From: Candidatus Altimarinota bacterium
Lineage (GTDB): Bacteria; Patescibacteriota; Gracilibacteria; CAIRYL01
Assembly (NCBI GenBank): GCA_965250085.1
Contig: OZ252287.1
Coordinates: 416,001 to 480,000, forward strand
DNA: 64,000 bases
Reading direction: 5' to 3'
The notes under the pieces were generated by a model. That model was not told where the DNA came from. It did not search any database and was given only the letters and a program-made list of their open reading frames with translations. Made by a program: the position numbers and the translations under genes. Shown one piece after another: positions 27,462-37,376 of the stretch (positions are counted from its first letter, which is position 1; every line of letters begins with the position of its first letter).

Positions 27462-28658
27462 ATGTATACAAAAGTAGCAAAATACTTGGTGACAAGCTTC
27501 TGCTTATTGCTGTTCACATACTTTTCCATTCCTACCCTTGCCCAAGAAGACACCTGTGCAGGATTTTTGGATGTTCCGGCAGATCATGAGCTCTGCTCGG
27601 CTATTTCATATGTAAAAGAACATGGTGTATTTGAAGGCTATCCAGATGGAACATTTCATCCTGATGCAGAAATTAATAGAGCAGAAGTGTTAAAAGTTTT
27701 TCTCAATACATTCTATAACACGATGTTTGACCCTTATAAAAATAATTTTCAAGAATTTCTAGATGTAAAAGTAACAGATTGGTATTTCCCATTTGTTCAA
27801 CGTGCAAAAAAATACAATTTTATAAGTGGATATATAGATGGAAGGTTCCATCCAGAAAGGAGTATCAATCGAGTTGAAATCCTTAAAATGCTCCTCAAAA
27901 TAACAGGTGAGATTGTTCCTGAAGGCATTGAAGAGTCTCCCTATAGAGATGTTCCAGTTGATGAGATGACTGAGTGGTATATCGGGTATGTACAGTTTTC
28001 GAAAGAAAACGATCTTTTTGATATTCCACTGAGCAATAAGTTTTATCCAGATCAGGCGGTGACACGAGGAGAAGTAGCTGAGTTGCTCTATCGCTATTGC
28101 CAAATATCTCAGTGTGCATTCAAAACAGAAGACCTGGATGCAGATGATCATGTGTATGGGAATACAGACGCCACAGTCTTACTGGTTGAATATTCTGATT
28201 TTGAGTGTCCATATTGTCAGAGATTTCATACAACCGTAAAAGAAGTGGTCGATAACTCTGAGGGAGAAGTCGTATGGGTATATCGTCATTTTCCTCTCAC
28301 TATTCATTTTGGAGCGCAAAAAAAAGCGGAAGGAAGTGAGTGCGCCGCAAAAATCGGCGGTGAGGAAGCTTTTTGGGAATACACTGAAACACTCTTTGCT
28401 GATGATGCGAATTATTCTGTCGAAGAATTAGGGGATCTCGCTTTTGAAATAGGACTGGATAAAAACGAATTCCAGGACTGTCTTGATTCCGGAGAAATGA
28501 TGAGTGCGGTGCAGAATGATCTTGAGAGAGGGTATAACGCTGGTGTTAATGGCACCCCTGGAAGCTTTGTCATCAACACAAAAACAAGAAAAGCATTGTA
28601 TGTCCCCGGAGCGGTCCCGATAGAATTTGTAGAACAAGCAATAGAGAGTGTTCGATAA
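27462..28658 (+). CDS. SLH-anchored DsbA/thioredoxin-fold oxidoreductase
   Basis: Three SLH repeats; EYSDFECPYCQRFH, YRHFPL, GVNGTPG. Confidence 0.9.
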   Translation: MYTKVAKYLVTSFCLLLFTYFSIPTLAQEDTCAGFLDVPADHELCSAISYVKEHGVFEGYPDGTFHPDAEINRAEVLKVFLNTFYNTMFDPYKNNFQEFLDVKVTDWYFPFVQRAKKYNFISGYIDGRFHPERSINRVEILKMLLKITGEIVPEGIEESPYRDVPVDEMTEWYIGYVQFSKENDLFDIPLSNKFYPDQAVTRGEVAELLYRYCQISQCAFKTEDLDADDHVYGNTDATVLLVEYSDFECPYCQRFHTTVKEVVDNSEGEVVWVYRHFPLTIHFGAQKKAEGSECAAKIGGEEAFWEYTETLFADDANYSVEELGDLAFEIGLDKNEFQDCLDSGEMMSAVQNDLERGYNAGVNGTPGSFVINTKTRKALYVPGAVPIEFVEQAIESVR

Positions 28659-28705
28659 ATTTTTTCTCATCCTTTGCTTGCATCGCATGCGACAGATATA
28701 CCCCC

Positions 28706-28856
28706 CGTTGGTTCAAGTTAAGCCTATCCGCCTCTGGCGGGTAACTTGAATCATTTGTTTGAGAAACAATTTTTTGCATGGGAAAGGATTCATCGTATTG
28801 AAAAATAAAAGTTCAGATTGTCCTCCAGAGGCGGATAAACGAAATCTGAACCAACG
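28706..28856. repeat. Pair of 45-bp inverted repeats, each a hairpin carrying ATCCGCCTCTGG
   Basis: 28706-28750 versus reverse complement of 28812-28856. Confidence 0.8.
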
Positions 28857-29027
28857 AATAACCGAAGAATACTACACCGAAATAGACATGGGTAAAAAAT
28901 CATTTTCAGCAAGAGAAATGCTGACTCTTTCAAAGCAAGTTGGCATTGAGATGCCCTTTTGGAAGAAAAAATAGATCCCATTACTGAAGAAGGAGTGGCT
29001 CAAAATCTTGAGCCCCTACAAAAAATC

Positions 29028-30506
29028 TTACGATTCTTCTGTAGACTCCTCTTTTTTCGGTTTCTCTCTCCTTTTCCCCCCCGATCCGGCAAAAGATATC
29101 AATACGAGAAGAATGACAAAGACCCAAAAAATGCGATCCCATCTGCCCTGAGTGGAATTGACGGTAAGTATTTTGGTGCGGGGTTCTCCAGCAGAGTCGG
29201 TCACGATGAGCTCAATATGGCGGGTGCCGGAACGATTCATGAGGTACTCAACGCGTGATCCATTGCGCACGGTCCCATCGGGAAAATGCCATTCATACGT
29301 GAGCGGCCCTCCATCTGGATCATATGAAGAAGAAGCATCAAAATAGACCTTCTGCCCTTTTTCCACTTGCTCAGAACTGGCAGAAACGCTGAGTATCGGA
29401 CCAGGATTGCTGTCATTTTTGTCCGCATTGTCTCCCAGTCCATCATGATCGGAATCCTTGTGCTCTGTGGGGTCAAGCGGCAGATCATCTTCCCCATCTT
29501 CAAATCCATCTCCATCACTATCGTTTTTGAGAGGATCAGTCCCTGCTACCACTTCTTCCTCATCAAAAAATCCATCATTATCATCGTCCGCATCTGCATT
29601 ATCTCCGATGCCGTCATTATCCACATCACTTGTTTCTGAAGCATCTCTGGGGAATGAATCTGCAGAATCTACTGCTCCATCACCATCATCGTCTGGGTCA
29701 TCTTCATCTGGGATACCATCTTTATCCGTATCAAATGTTTTGGTGATGTCCAGAGGGAAATCATCTTCAGCATCTCCTACAGAGTCTCCATCAGTATCAA
29801 ATTTATAAGGATCAGTCCCTCGTACCCCCTCTGCATCATCACTCAAATCATCATTATCATCATCTGTGTCGGCATTATTTCCAATACCATCGTTATCAAA
29901 ATCTTCTGTTTCTCCACTATCGAGCGGAAACGCATCGGCCACATCTGGGACGGTATCATTGTCATCATCTGTATCCGTATTATTCCCCGTGCCATCTCCA
30001 TCGGTATCAGCCCACTCTGAGGGATCAAGTGGAAAGGTGTCCTTGTTATCAGCAGTTCCATCATTATCATCATCTGGATCCTTTTGATTTCCAATGCCAT
30101 CACCATCTGTGTCTTCATCCACAAAAAGTGGTTTGAGAATTTTATTATTCTCTACCCCTTCCCCCTCTTCTTCCCAAGGGAGAATGCGCACAGCAATAGG
30201 ATGTTCCCCTGACTGAGAAGGAGTGTATTGTACAAAAACCGTATCTTTGCCTCCTGCCAGCACGGATATGGTCTGATCTTGACCAATATGAGTCCCCTCT
30301 AATTCGTCAAAAAATTTTACAACTCCTCTTCTATCAACTTCCGAAAAATTAAAAACCGAAAGATAGATCGTTAAAGACTTTCCGACCACAGGGTCTCCTC
30401 CTTCAAATCGAATGGTATCTGTCGAAATTGCCAAATCCGCCCACACGGAAGGAAGGAATAAAAAAAAGGAAATGAAAAAAATACAGAATCGCATTATGTG
30501 CCTCAA
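29028..30506 (-). CDS. Surface protein: CARDB/Ig-like domain, thrombospondin type-3 Ca-binding repeats, PKD domain, C-terminal TM
   Basis: DTDGDGIGN.xD.DDDNDG...D.FPLD repeats; FDASSSYDPDGGPLTYEWHF PKD motif. Confidence 0.88.
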   Translation of the reverse strand: MRHIMRFCIFFISFFLFLPSVWADLAISTDTIRFEGGDPVVGKSLTIYLSVFNFSEVDRRGVVKFFDELEGTHIGQDQTISVLAGGKDTVFVQYTPSQSGEHPIAVRILPWEEEGEGVENNKILKPLFVDEDTDGDGIGNQKDPDDDNDGTADNKDTFPLDPSEWADTDGDGTGNNTDTDDDNDTVPDVADAFPLDSGETEDFDNDGIGNNADTDDDNDDLSDDAEGVRGTDPYKFDTDGDSVGDAEDDFPLDITKTFDTDKDGIPDEDDPDDDGDGAVDSADSFPRDASETSDVDNDGIGDNADADDDNDGFFDEEEVVAGTDPLKNDSDGDGFEDGEDDLPLDPTEHKDSDHDGLGDNADKNDSNPGPILSVSASSEQVEKGQKVYFDASSSYDPDGGPLTYEWHFPDGTVRNGSRVEYLMNRSGTRHIELIVTDSAGEPRTKILTVNSTQGRWDRIFWVFVILLVLISFAGSGGKRREKPKKEESTEES

Positions 30507-30569
30507 ACAAAACTCATATGAAGAATAAATTTTGTGAACAAGAAAAGCAAGGAAATTTTATATTCTCTT

Positions 30570-31325
30570 TTAATTTAAGATTATTAAGGCTTCTTGTTGC
30601 AAATGTGATCGTATTCTATCCACTGCCCATTCTTCAGATTCTTCAATTGGAGCTCCACCTACTACGGCTCCATTTCTTCCAAAATCTGGAGAATTCAGTC
30701 GTCCACGACAAACAAAATGCATACAGTGTAGCTTTGATTCTTCTTCATCGGGATCGTCAGTAATTCCAAAATACCAATCTGGAGGATAATCAAAAATATG
30801 TCCCATGTTATCCCTAATTAATTCCCCAGTTGCCCAATATCCTCCATCTCTTTCATGTACGATGTCCAGAAGCCCTTGTAGAGATGGAGCTTCAAGAGGC
30901 AACAGGGAGAAAGTTGGTTCATAGTTTGCAGCGGAAGAAGCGAGCCATTTTCCACTTAGCCCTTGTGTTACTAGATGGGTATGTCTTTCTACCCATTGCC
31001 CATTTTCTGCATCCGCCCCATAGTGCGGGTGCATTTTTAATTTCCACGGTCCTCTGTTGTCTGCAGACTCTATAAGAAAAGCTTTTTGAAATTTTTCTCG
31101 ATGAAGTGTGGCAAGGTACCAAAGAGTGTAACTCGCTACCTCATCGCATAAGCCTTGTGAGTACATACGTAAATATTCATCAATCTTTCTATTTCCCGAT
31201 AGTTTTTGTTCTTCAAGATCTCCATTTCCTTCTAATTCTAGTACCACTATTTTTGCAAGAGCTTCAATAGAAGCATCTTGCAGAGCCTTGCCTTCCTGCG
31301 ATAAAGTTTTAGTGGACCTTGGCAT
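30570..31325 (-). CDS. Hypothetical protein
   Basis: 251-aa ORF with near-consensus promoter upstream. Confidence 0.7.
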   Translation of the reverse strand: MPRSTKTLSQEGKALQDASIEALAKIVVLELEGNGDLEEQKLSGNRKIDEYLRMYSQGLCDEVASYTLWYLATLHREKFQKAFLIESADNRGPWKLKMHPHYGADAENGQWVERHTHLVTQGLSGKWLASSAANYEPTFSLLPLEAPSLQGLLDIVHERDGGYWATGELIRDNMGHIFDYPPDWYFGITDDPDEEESKLHCMHFVCRGRLNSPDFGRNGAVVGGAPIEESEEWAVDRIRSHLQQEALIILN

Positions 31326-31345
31326 TATTTCTCAACAAGAAAAGC

Positions 31346-31373
31346 ATTATATTTATTTTTTGCAAAAAGTCAA
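31346..31373 (-). promoter_or_regulatory. Sigma70-type promoter for 30570-31325
   Basis: TTGACT-16-TATAAT on the minus strand. Confidence 0.55.
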
Positions 31374-31377
31374 CCAC

Positions 31378-31677
31378 ATGCTTCACATCGCCCTCATCGA
31401 CGATAAATCTTATGGACTCGAGCAAATCCACGAGCTTCATATGGGGACTCAATATGAGCTGGAATATTTTGAAAGTTTTAAAAAATTTCAAGAAGATAAA
31501 AAGATATATGATATTGTGTATCTTGATTACTATCTCGAAAAAGATGGAATCACTGGCGACATGGTGCTTCCTCAAGTACAACAAATGACACAGAAAGTGA
31601 TTGGATTTTCTAGTGTGGAAAGATGTAATGAGATGCTAAAAAAACTCGGAGCGGATGACACGGTACTCAAATTATAA
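31378..31677 (+). CDS. Stand-alone response-regulator receiver domain protein
   Basis: IALIDD...YDIVYLDYYL...G...VIGFSS...GADDTVLK: acidic pair, phospho-Asp, Ser and Lys positions all present. Confidence 0.75.
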   Translation: MLHIALIDDKSYGLEQIHELHMGTQYELEYFESFKKFQEDKKIYDIVYLDYYLEKDGITGDMVLPQVQQMTQKVIGFSSVERCNEMLKKLGADDTVLKL

Positions 31678-31719
31678 ATTTTGAATGTTGAATTTTAAAT
31701 TGGCGATCTTTTGCCCATG

Positions 31720-31820
31720 TTGTTATTCCTGCGAAGGCAGGAATCTGGTCTTCAAAAAATGAAGAAATCCTGAAGCATTTCGATCGAGCTTGTTCGTTAC
31801 AAACAAGCCTGGGGTGACAG
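31720..31820. repeat. REP-like hairpin element
   Basis: ATTCCTGC-GAAG-GCAGGAAT palindrome plus GCTTGTT...AACAAGC hairpin. Confidence 0.55.
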
Positions 31821-31866
31821 TTATCCTAAATTTCGATACACTTTTTCAGCTTTTTTAAAGAATCTC

Positions 31867-33003
31867 TTGGCTTCTCACCTCTTTACTTCCGAGTCAGTTA
31901 CTGAAGGGCATCCAGATAAAATCTGTGACCAGATTTCTGACGCTATTCTGGATGAGGCGCTTGGGCAAGACCCTGATGCTCGGGTCGCAGTTGAATGTGC
32001 CGTAAAAACAGGGCTCGTTTTTATTTTTGGCGAACTTACCACAAGTGGATATATTGATTTTCAAAGCGTTGCCCGGAATGTAATTAAAGATATCGGGTAT
32101 ACTCGAGCGAAGTTTGGATTCGACTTTGAAACGTGCTCCGTGATCTCCTCTATTTCAGAGCAGAGCAAAGAGATTGCGCATGCAGTTGCGCAAAATCATG
32201 AGCTCGGCGCTGGAGATCAAGGTATGATGTTTGGCTTTGCCTGCAAAGAAACTCCAGAATGTATGCCATTACCCATTATGCTCTCTCATCAGCTGGCTCA
32301 GAAGTTGGCAGAAATAAGAAAAGATGAAAGTTTGACTGAGCTTCGTCCAGATGGAAAAACACAGGTGACCGTAGAATATCATGATGGTGCACCGCAGCGA
32401 GTCCATACTGTTGTCATATCCGCACAACATAGCGCAAAAATTTCCGAACAGGACCTGAAGAACAAAATTGAAAAAGTGGTGCTGAGACCGGTGCTTGGAA
32501 AGCTGTATGATAAGAAGACAATCTTCCATTGTAATCCGAGCGGCAGTTTTATTATTGGCGGACCCCAGGGTGACGCAGGACTGACTGGGAGAAAAATTAT
32601 CGTAGATACGTATGGAGGATATGCACCACATGGAGGAGGTGCGTTTTCAGGAAAAGATCCATCCAAAGTAGATCGAAGTGGAGCATACGCTGCTCGATAT
32701 ATTGCCAAAAATATTGTTACTGCAGGGCTTGCCCAAAAGTGTCAGATAGAGGTGTCATATGCCATTGGTATTGCCGATCCAGTTTCTATTTGGGTAGAAA
32801 CTTTTGGAACTGAAACCATTTCTCATGACAAGTTGGGGACAATTATTCAAGATCACTTCCCCCTTCGGCCTGGTGATATTATTGATCAACTGGATCTCAA
32901 AAAACCAATCTATCAAAAGACGGCTATCTACGGACATTTTGGACGAGATGATGTGCCGTGGGAGAAGGTAGATAAAGTGGAGGAACTAAAGAAATATCTC
33001 TAA
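31867..33003 (+). CDS. metK: S-adenosylmethionine synthetase
   Basis: [56 protein letters not shown]. Confidence 0.98.
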   Translation: MASHLFTSESVTEGHPDKICDQISDAILDEALGQDPDARVAVECAVKTGLVFIFGELTTSGYIDFQSVARNVIKDIGYTRAKFGFDFETCSVISSISEQSKEIAHAVAQNHELGAGDQGMMFGFACKETPECMPLPIMLSHQLAQKLAEIRKDESLTELRPDGKTQVTVEYHDGAPQRVHTVVISAQHSAKISEQDLKNKIEKVVLRPVLGKLYDKKTIFHCNPSGSFIIGGPQGDAGLTGRKIIVDTYGGYAPHGGGAFSGKDPSKVDRSGAYAARYIAKNIVTAGLAQKCQIEVSYAIGIADPVSIWVETFGTETISHDKLGTIIQDHFPLRPGDIIDQLDLKKPIYQKTAIYGHFGRDDVPWEKVDKVEELKKYL

Positions 33004-33005
33004 AA

Positions 33006-33038
33006 ATCCCCCTTGATCCCCCTTTTCCAAAGGGGGAA
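33006..33038. repeat. CCCCCTTT-nn-AAAGGGGG hairpin repeat (possible terminator)
   Basis: atcccccttgatcccccttttccaaaggggga; related copy at 51712-51805. Confidence 0.6.
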
Positions 33039-33117
33039 AATCTACTATGACTTTTGATTTTCAGTTTTTTGAATTTGAACTTTCGACTTTATGGACTTTT
33101 AACTTTCAACTCTTGTT

Positions 33118-33492
33118 ATGTGGAAAAACATCCCTCTTTGGATACTCCTCTTCTGTACTTTTCTCTGCTGGTCAGCATGGGCACTCGTGCTGAATAAAAT
33201 ATCGCCTGTAGAGTCTCCGCGAATAGCAGTTCCTGCATTTTATTTCGCCACATTTTTTTCATTACTCACCACATTTACCGTCATTGGAAGCCTCCTCAGA
33301 AAATTTTCTGCACCCCATCGTAAGATTCTTTCCTGTATCAATATTTCTCTGCGCCAAGGCACCATTCTTGCTGTTATGTGTAGTGTGGCTCTGTTTTTTC
33401 AGCAGCAGCGTATTTTTACCTGGTGGATAGGAGCCTTGCTTTTGACTATTGCCGTCACTATGGAAGCCCTTTTTTGGCAAGACCAGGGGTAA
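33118..33492 (+). CDS. Four-TM hypothetical membrane protein
   Basis: Four hydrophobic segments, SLRQG motif. Confidence 0.75.
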   Translation: MWKNIPLWILLFCTFLCWSAWALVLNKISPVESPRIAVPAFYFATFFSLLTTFTVIGSLLRKFSAPHRKILSCINISLRQGTILAVMCSVALFFQQQRIFTWWIGALLLTIAVTMEALFWQDQG

Positions 33493-33507
33493 AGTCATCT
33501 TTGATGG

Positions 33508-33670
33508 CTAATTTTTAATTTTAAAATCTTGTAATTTTTAAAGAATTTCTAAATCCCAATTCTTAAGCACTCAACATTATCTTTTTAGAAATTAAAAATT
33601 AGGATTTATTTATAAAATTAAAAATTGTCTTCGACCTTGAGTTCAGACCGAAAGGAGAATTAAAAATTCT
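33508..33670. repeat. Empty AT-rich inverted heptamer array with a small hairpin inserted
   Basis: Arms share ATTTATTTATAAAATTAAAAATT with 42880-42925; GC-richer insert at about 33627-33658. Confidence 0.6.
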
Positions 33671-33734
33671 CTCAGCTCTAATTTGCAAATTCCTTGCACG
33701 CGAGGTACCATTTTCTCAGAATATTATTGTCCCT

Positions 33735-33980
33735 ATGGAAATAGATCTCTCCAATAGTAAAGACCTCCTCTTCGTTTCACTTGCCGTAGGATTTTTGATG
33801 ATCAGCATTTCCCTTACTTTTGTACTGGTGCGAGTCTTTCGAGTCTTAGGCAGGGTCAATTCTATTAGCGAGACTGTGGACGAGATTACCCATTTGGTAA
33901 ACCATTATCTCTGGCAACCAGCAAAGATCACCAAAAAAATTGTAGATAGGGTAAAAAAAGCCGCGAAGAAAAAAAAGTAA
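33735..33980 (+). CDS. Small membrane protein (DUF948-like TM plus coiled coil)
   Basis: N-terminal TM followed by amphipathic helix and Lys-rich tail. Confidence 0.65.
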   Translation: MEIDLSNSKDLLFVSLAVGFLMISISLTFVLVRVFRVLGRVNSISETVDEITHLVNHYLWQPAKITKKIVDRVKKAAKKKK

Positions 33981-33991
33981 ATCAAATATTT

Positions 33992-34567
33992 TTACACCGG
34001 TTCCGGAAGAGCATCTGGAAGCATATCTTCAAGCTCTTCTTCTTGGGGTTGCTTCATTCCAGGATGACTCACGATATATGTTCGTAATAAATTTAGTATA
34101 GTCATTCCACATATAATCTGTAGTTTAAGCATTGATTCAATATCATCTCCTTGCTCAAGAAAAATGCTATGTCCTATTCCAACTCCCCCTGTAATAAAAC
34201 CTGACATAGTTACGAATATCGCGTTCATTCTCGTGGTTCTTGTAGTCACATCTATAGCACCTTGAGCCTCTCTTCCTTGCTGAATTTCGTCCTCAAGTGT
34301 GGGTATCGCCTTTTTATTTATCATATACATTAAGACTGCCAACGGAACTGATATAATTGCTATTTCTATGGAAATTTCTGGAATATGAAAGTCTACTCCC
34401 AAGGTTGCCGCAGTCACCATTGGCGAGTCTTTTATGAAAGTCCCACTTAAGAGCTTATGTACTTTTTTTGCCGTGATTTTTGTCTTTGCTTCAACCACAC
34501 CCAATACCTTGTGCACCACCTGTTCTATTTCAATATCGGTTTCTACCAACTCTTCTTCCAGACTCAT
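33992..34567 (-). CDS. Hypothetical membrane protein
   Basis: 191-aa ORF with about three hydrophobic segments. Confidence 0.65.
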   Translation of the reverse strand: MSLEEELVETDIEIEQVVHKVLGVVEAKTKITAKKVHKLLSGTFIKDSPMVTAATLGVDFHIPEISIEIAIISVPLAVLMYMINKKAIPTLEDEIQQGREAQGAIDVTTRTTRMNAIFVTMSGFITGGVGIGHSIFLEQGDDIESMLKLQIICGMTILNLLRTYIVSHPGMKQPQEEELEDMLPDALPEPV

Positions 34568-34625
34568 TATTTAAAAATTACAGGAGATATTTATACTAGA
34601 AAAATAGAAGAAAGACAATATGTTC

Positions 34626-34672
34626 TTGACACTTCTGTTTTTCTATATACAATAACCGACCGAACGGTCAGT
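34626..34672 (+). promoter_or_regulatory. Promoter and putative TetR operator
   Basis: TTGACA(34626)-16-TACAAT, then palindrome ACCGACCG-AA-CGGTCAGT (34655-34672) just upstream of the TetR gene. Confidence 0.7.
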
Positions 34673-34692
34673 CAGGCTTTATTCAAAACAAT

Positions 34693-35277
34693 ATGAAAAA
34701 ACGTTCTCAAAACGCCAAGAGCAAAATCATCAAGACAGTTCTCAAAATGCTTTCTCAAGGCAATTCTCACTTTTCTATGTCTGAAATTGCGGCGTCATCA
34801 GGGGTATCCAAGTCTTCTCTCTATTATTTTTTTGAGAATAAAAAACATCTTTTTGAGGAAATCATATTTGCCATTTTTGGAACGTTGGGAGAGAGAGTGG
34901 AAACAATATCTCAGAAAAGTATATCTCCGGAAAAAAAGATGCTCCAAATGATGAAGGCGTGTACGCAATGCGCCGAAAAAGATGGAGCGGTGACACATTT
35001 TATTTTTCAGCAGGTATTTGAACATGATCAGAAGATTTTAGGAAAAATTCATGACATGAGAGAAAGTCTCAAACTCTCCTTTGCCAATGTTATACGAGAA
35101 GGCATCCAAACTGGTATTTTCCGAAAGCAAAACATTGACATATGCGCTGAAATTATGGTAGGATATTTAGATTTTATCGCGCTCAGATCTGCTTTTCGTG
35201 CGCACAAAATCGCAAAAACCTATTCATCTGAAAAGCTCTGCAAAAACTTTATTTCGCTTTTACAAGACAAAAAATGA
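34693..35277 (+). CDS. TetR/AcrR family transcriptional regulator
   Basis: SMSEIAASSGVSKSSLYYFFENKKHLF HTH; GIQTGIFR. Confidence 0.93.
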   Translation: MKKRSQNAKSKIIKTVLKMLSQGNSHFSMSEIAASSGVSKSSLYYFFENKKHLFEEIIFAIFGTLGERVETISQKSISPEKKMLQMMKACTQCAEKDGAVTHFIFQQVFEHDQKILGKIHDMRESLKLSFANVIREGIQTGIFRKQNIDICAEIMVGYLDFIALRSAFRAHKIAKTYSSEKLCKNFISLLQDKK

Positions 35278-37328
35278 GAAAAATCCCAATTGTCGGCGCT
35301 TTATGCTTGATAATGCTTTTTTCCAGTGGATGCACTGAAAAAGATTCAGAAGGAGATGTCGTTGAAGAAGAGATAAAGCCAATATCCGCCTACACCGTCC
35401 ATCGGGAAAAACTTGTCTCAAACATAGAAATTTTTGGAACCCTGGAACCCCAATCTCAAACAACCCTGGCGGCTGAAGTTTCTGGGACCGTATCTTCTTC
35501 TCTTGTACAAGAGGGAGATCTCGTGTCTGTAGGACAGGAACTGGCTCGATTTGCCGCAAGAGAGAATTTTATTCAACTGAATTATCAAAATGCTCTTCAA
35601 AATTATGATAATGCACAAAAACTCTATGACCTTACATTTCGCTCTGTACAGCGAGACGAAGAAAATGCTCGCATTGCTATTGAACAATCAGAAATAAATC
35701 TCAGTAACGCCTCTGTCAGTGAGGAAAAAACAGATATTTCTCTTGAAAGCCAAATAGAAAGTGCTCAAAAAAGCGTTGAGATTGCCGAAACAAATGTCGA
35801 AATTGCAGAGCTTGCACTGAGTAATTTGATCGAAAGTAATCAGCAAATGGAAGATAATCTTGAACGAAGTTCTCGGACATCTGCACATTCTGCCCTGATT
35901 GCTTTTGAAGACATCATCCTCTTTACCGATACCGTTCTGGGAGTTACTCACGAAAATGATGCTCAAAGAAAGGTGTATGGCGCATACCTCTCTCTCTATG
36001 ATCCCAATCTTCTGGTGAGAACAGCGCAAGACTGGAAAGTGAAAAACAATAGCGTCACGGGTTTGAGAAATACTTTTAATACCATTCCTGCAAATGATTG
36101 GGATGATTTGATAAAAAATAAACCTTTCTTTGATCAGGCAGAGCAAGTTGCTGAAGGGCTTCGAGAGTTCTTGATTCAATTTGAAGCAGTACTCACCAAT
36201 AGTCGGATAGGCGGAGGGCTTACTTCTACAGAGCTTTCTCGTCTCAAGACAGAAACCAGTGCACACCAGTCATCATTAGAAGGACAGTTGTCATCTCTCA
36301 TTTCTGTTCAGCAAAGTATTGACGACTTTTTACTATCCGCTCCGCAGAATGAAAAAAATAGTGAACTTTCACTGCTTTCTGCTGAGAATCAACTCGAGCA
36401 GGCCAAACAAAAACTTGTGGAGTTCAGTGCTTCATCTGATGTTCAGAGAACCAATACAAATTCTCAGAAAGAAAATGCCCAAAAGTCTCTCGAATCAGCA
36501 GAAAACAATCTCCAAAGCATTCGTGAAAAAAATGCGATTCAAGTTCAAAATGCCGAATCTGGGATCGATGCTGCTGGTAATCAGCTCGACCAAGCATCGC
36601 TAGAGCTCAGTAAAGCGACAGTAAAGAGTCCTGTATCAGGAGTTATCGTTTCCAAGTTTATAGAAATTGGCGATACTATTTCTGCTGGCAGTCCTCTCTT
36701 TGTCATCGCTGAGATCGATACCTTGACTCTAAAAGGCGAAGTTGACCCGAATGAATTGAATGATATCAAATCAACAAAGACCGGAATGGTTTTTATTGAG
36801 AATTTTGGGGAAGTGCCCGGCATCCTCACTCGATATAATCCGATTGCCGATATTAATACACGGCAAGTTGGTGTAGAAATTGACATTAAAAATTATGACC
36901 GAGCCATACCAGCAAATGTCTTTGCAACTGCAAAGTTTGATGTTCCTCAGAATAAAGAGTCATTGCTTATTCCTTTAAAAAGTTTGGTAAATCAAAATCC
37001 TGCTCAAATTTTTGTTCTTGTTCCAGAAAAAAATTCAGACGCTCTGAATACCCCTGTCTCTGATCAGACGTCTGGAACATTTAGAGTCGAGAGAAGGACT
37101 GTAGAATTGGGAGACAAACATGAAGAATTTATTGAAGTTCTCTCTGGTCTCGAAGTAAGAGAGAAAATCGTGGAAGAACGAGTGCTCGGTCTTCGTGAAG
37201 GAGATATCGTGTCTATCGCAGACGATTCCCTTCCTCTAGAGAAAGTTGAAGGTAGAGGCAATTCTGATGAAGAAAAAAAGAAAGAAGAAAATCCCGACCT
37301 TGAATTTGGAAAAGAGTTATCTCTGTAG
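35274..37328 (+). CDS. RND efflux periplasmic adaptor (MFP) lipoprotein with very long coiled coil
   Basis: Lipobox LFSSGC; VSGTV...VQEGDLVSVGQEL and KSPVSGVIV...IGDTISAGSPLF lipoyl halves separated by a helical region of roughly 340 aa. Confidence 0.88.
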   Translation: MRKIPIVGALCLIMLFSSGCTEKDSEGDVVEEEIKPISAYTVHREKLVSNIEIFGTLEPQSQTTLAAEVSGTVSSSLVQEGDLVSVGQELARFAARENFIQLNYQNALQNYDNAQKLYDLTFRSVQRDEENARIAIEQSEINLSNASVSEEKTDISLESQIESAQKSVEIAETNVEIAELALSNLIESNQQMEDNLERSSRTSAHSALIAFEDIILFTDTVLGVTHENDAQRKVYGAYLSLYDPNLLVRTAQDWKVKNNSVTGLRNTFNTIPANDWDDLIKNKPFFDQAEQVAEGLREFLIQFEAVLTNSRIGGGLTSTELSRLKTETSAHQSSLEGQLSSLISVQQSIDDFLLSAPQNEKNSELSLLSAENQLEQAKQKLVEFSASSDVQRTNTNSQKENAQKSLESAENNLQSIREKNAIQVQNAESGIDAAGNQLDQASLELSKATVKSPVSGVIVSKFIEIGDTISAGSPLFVIAEIDTLTLKGEVDPNELNDIKSTKTGMVFIENFGEVPGILTRYNPIADINTRQVGVEIDIKNYDRAIPANVFATAKFDVPQNKESLLIPLKSLVNQNPAQIFVLVPEKNSDALNTPVSDQTSGTFRVERRTVELGDKHEEFIEVLSGLEVREKIVEERVLGLREGDIVSIADDSLPLEKVEGRGNSDEEKKKEENPDLEFGKELSL

Positions 37329-37357
37329 TCTTAGGCGAGTTTTAAACTCGCCCCTAC
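37325..37357. repeat. GTAG...CTAC REP-like palindrome
   Basis: ggcgagttt-t-aaactcgcc bounded by GTAG and CCTAC. Confidence 0.65.
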
Positions 37358-37376
37358 AAACTTTCATTCTGATTAA

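Noticed and set aside
28573-28981. Short ORFs sharing PPEADxxNLNQR on both strands
   Set aside because: Translation by-product of the 45-bp inverted repeat pair; no independent evidence of coding
29370-30120. Novel Asp-rich repeat
   Set aside because: Matches the known bacterial thrombospondin type-3 Ca-binding repeat pattern
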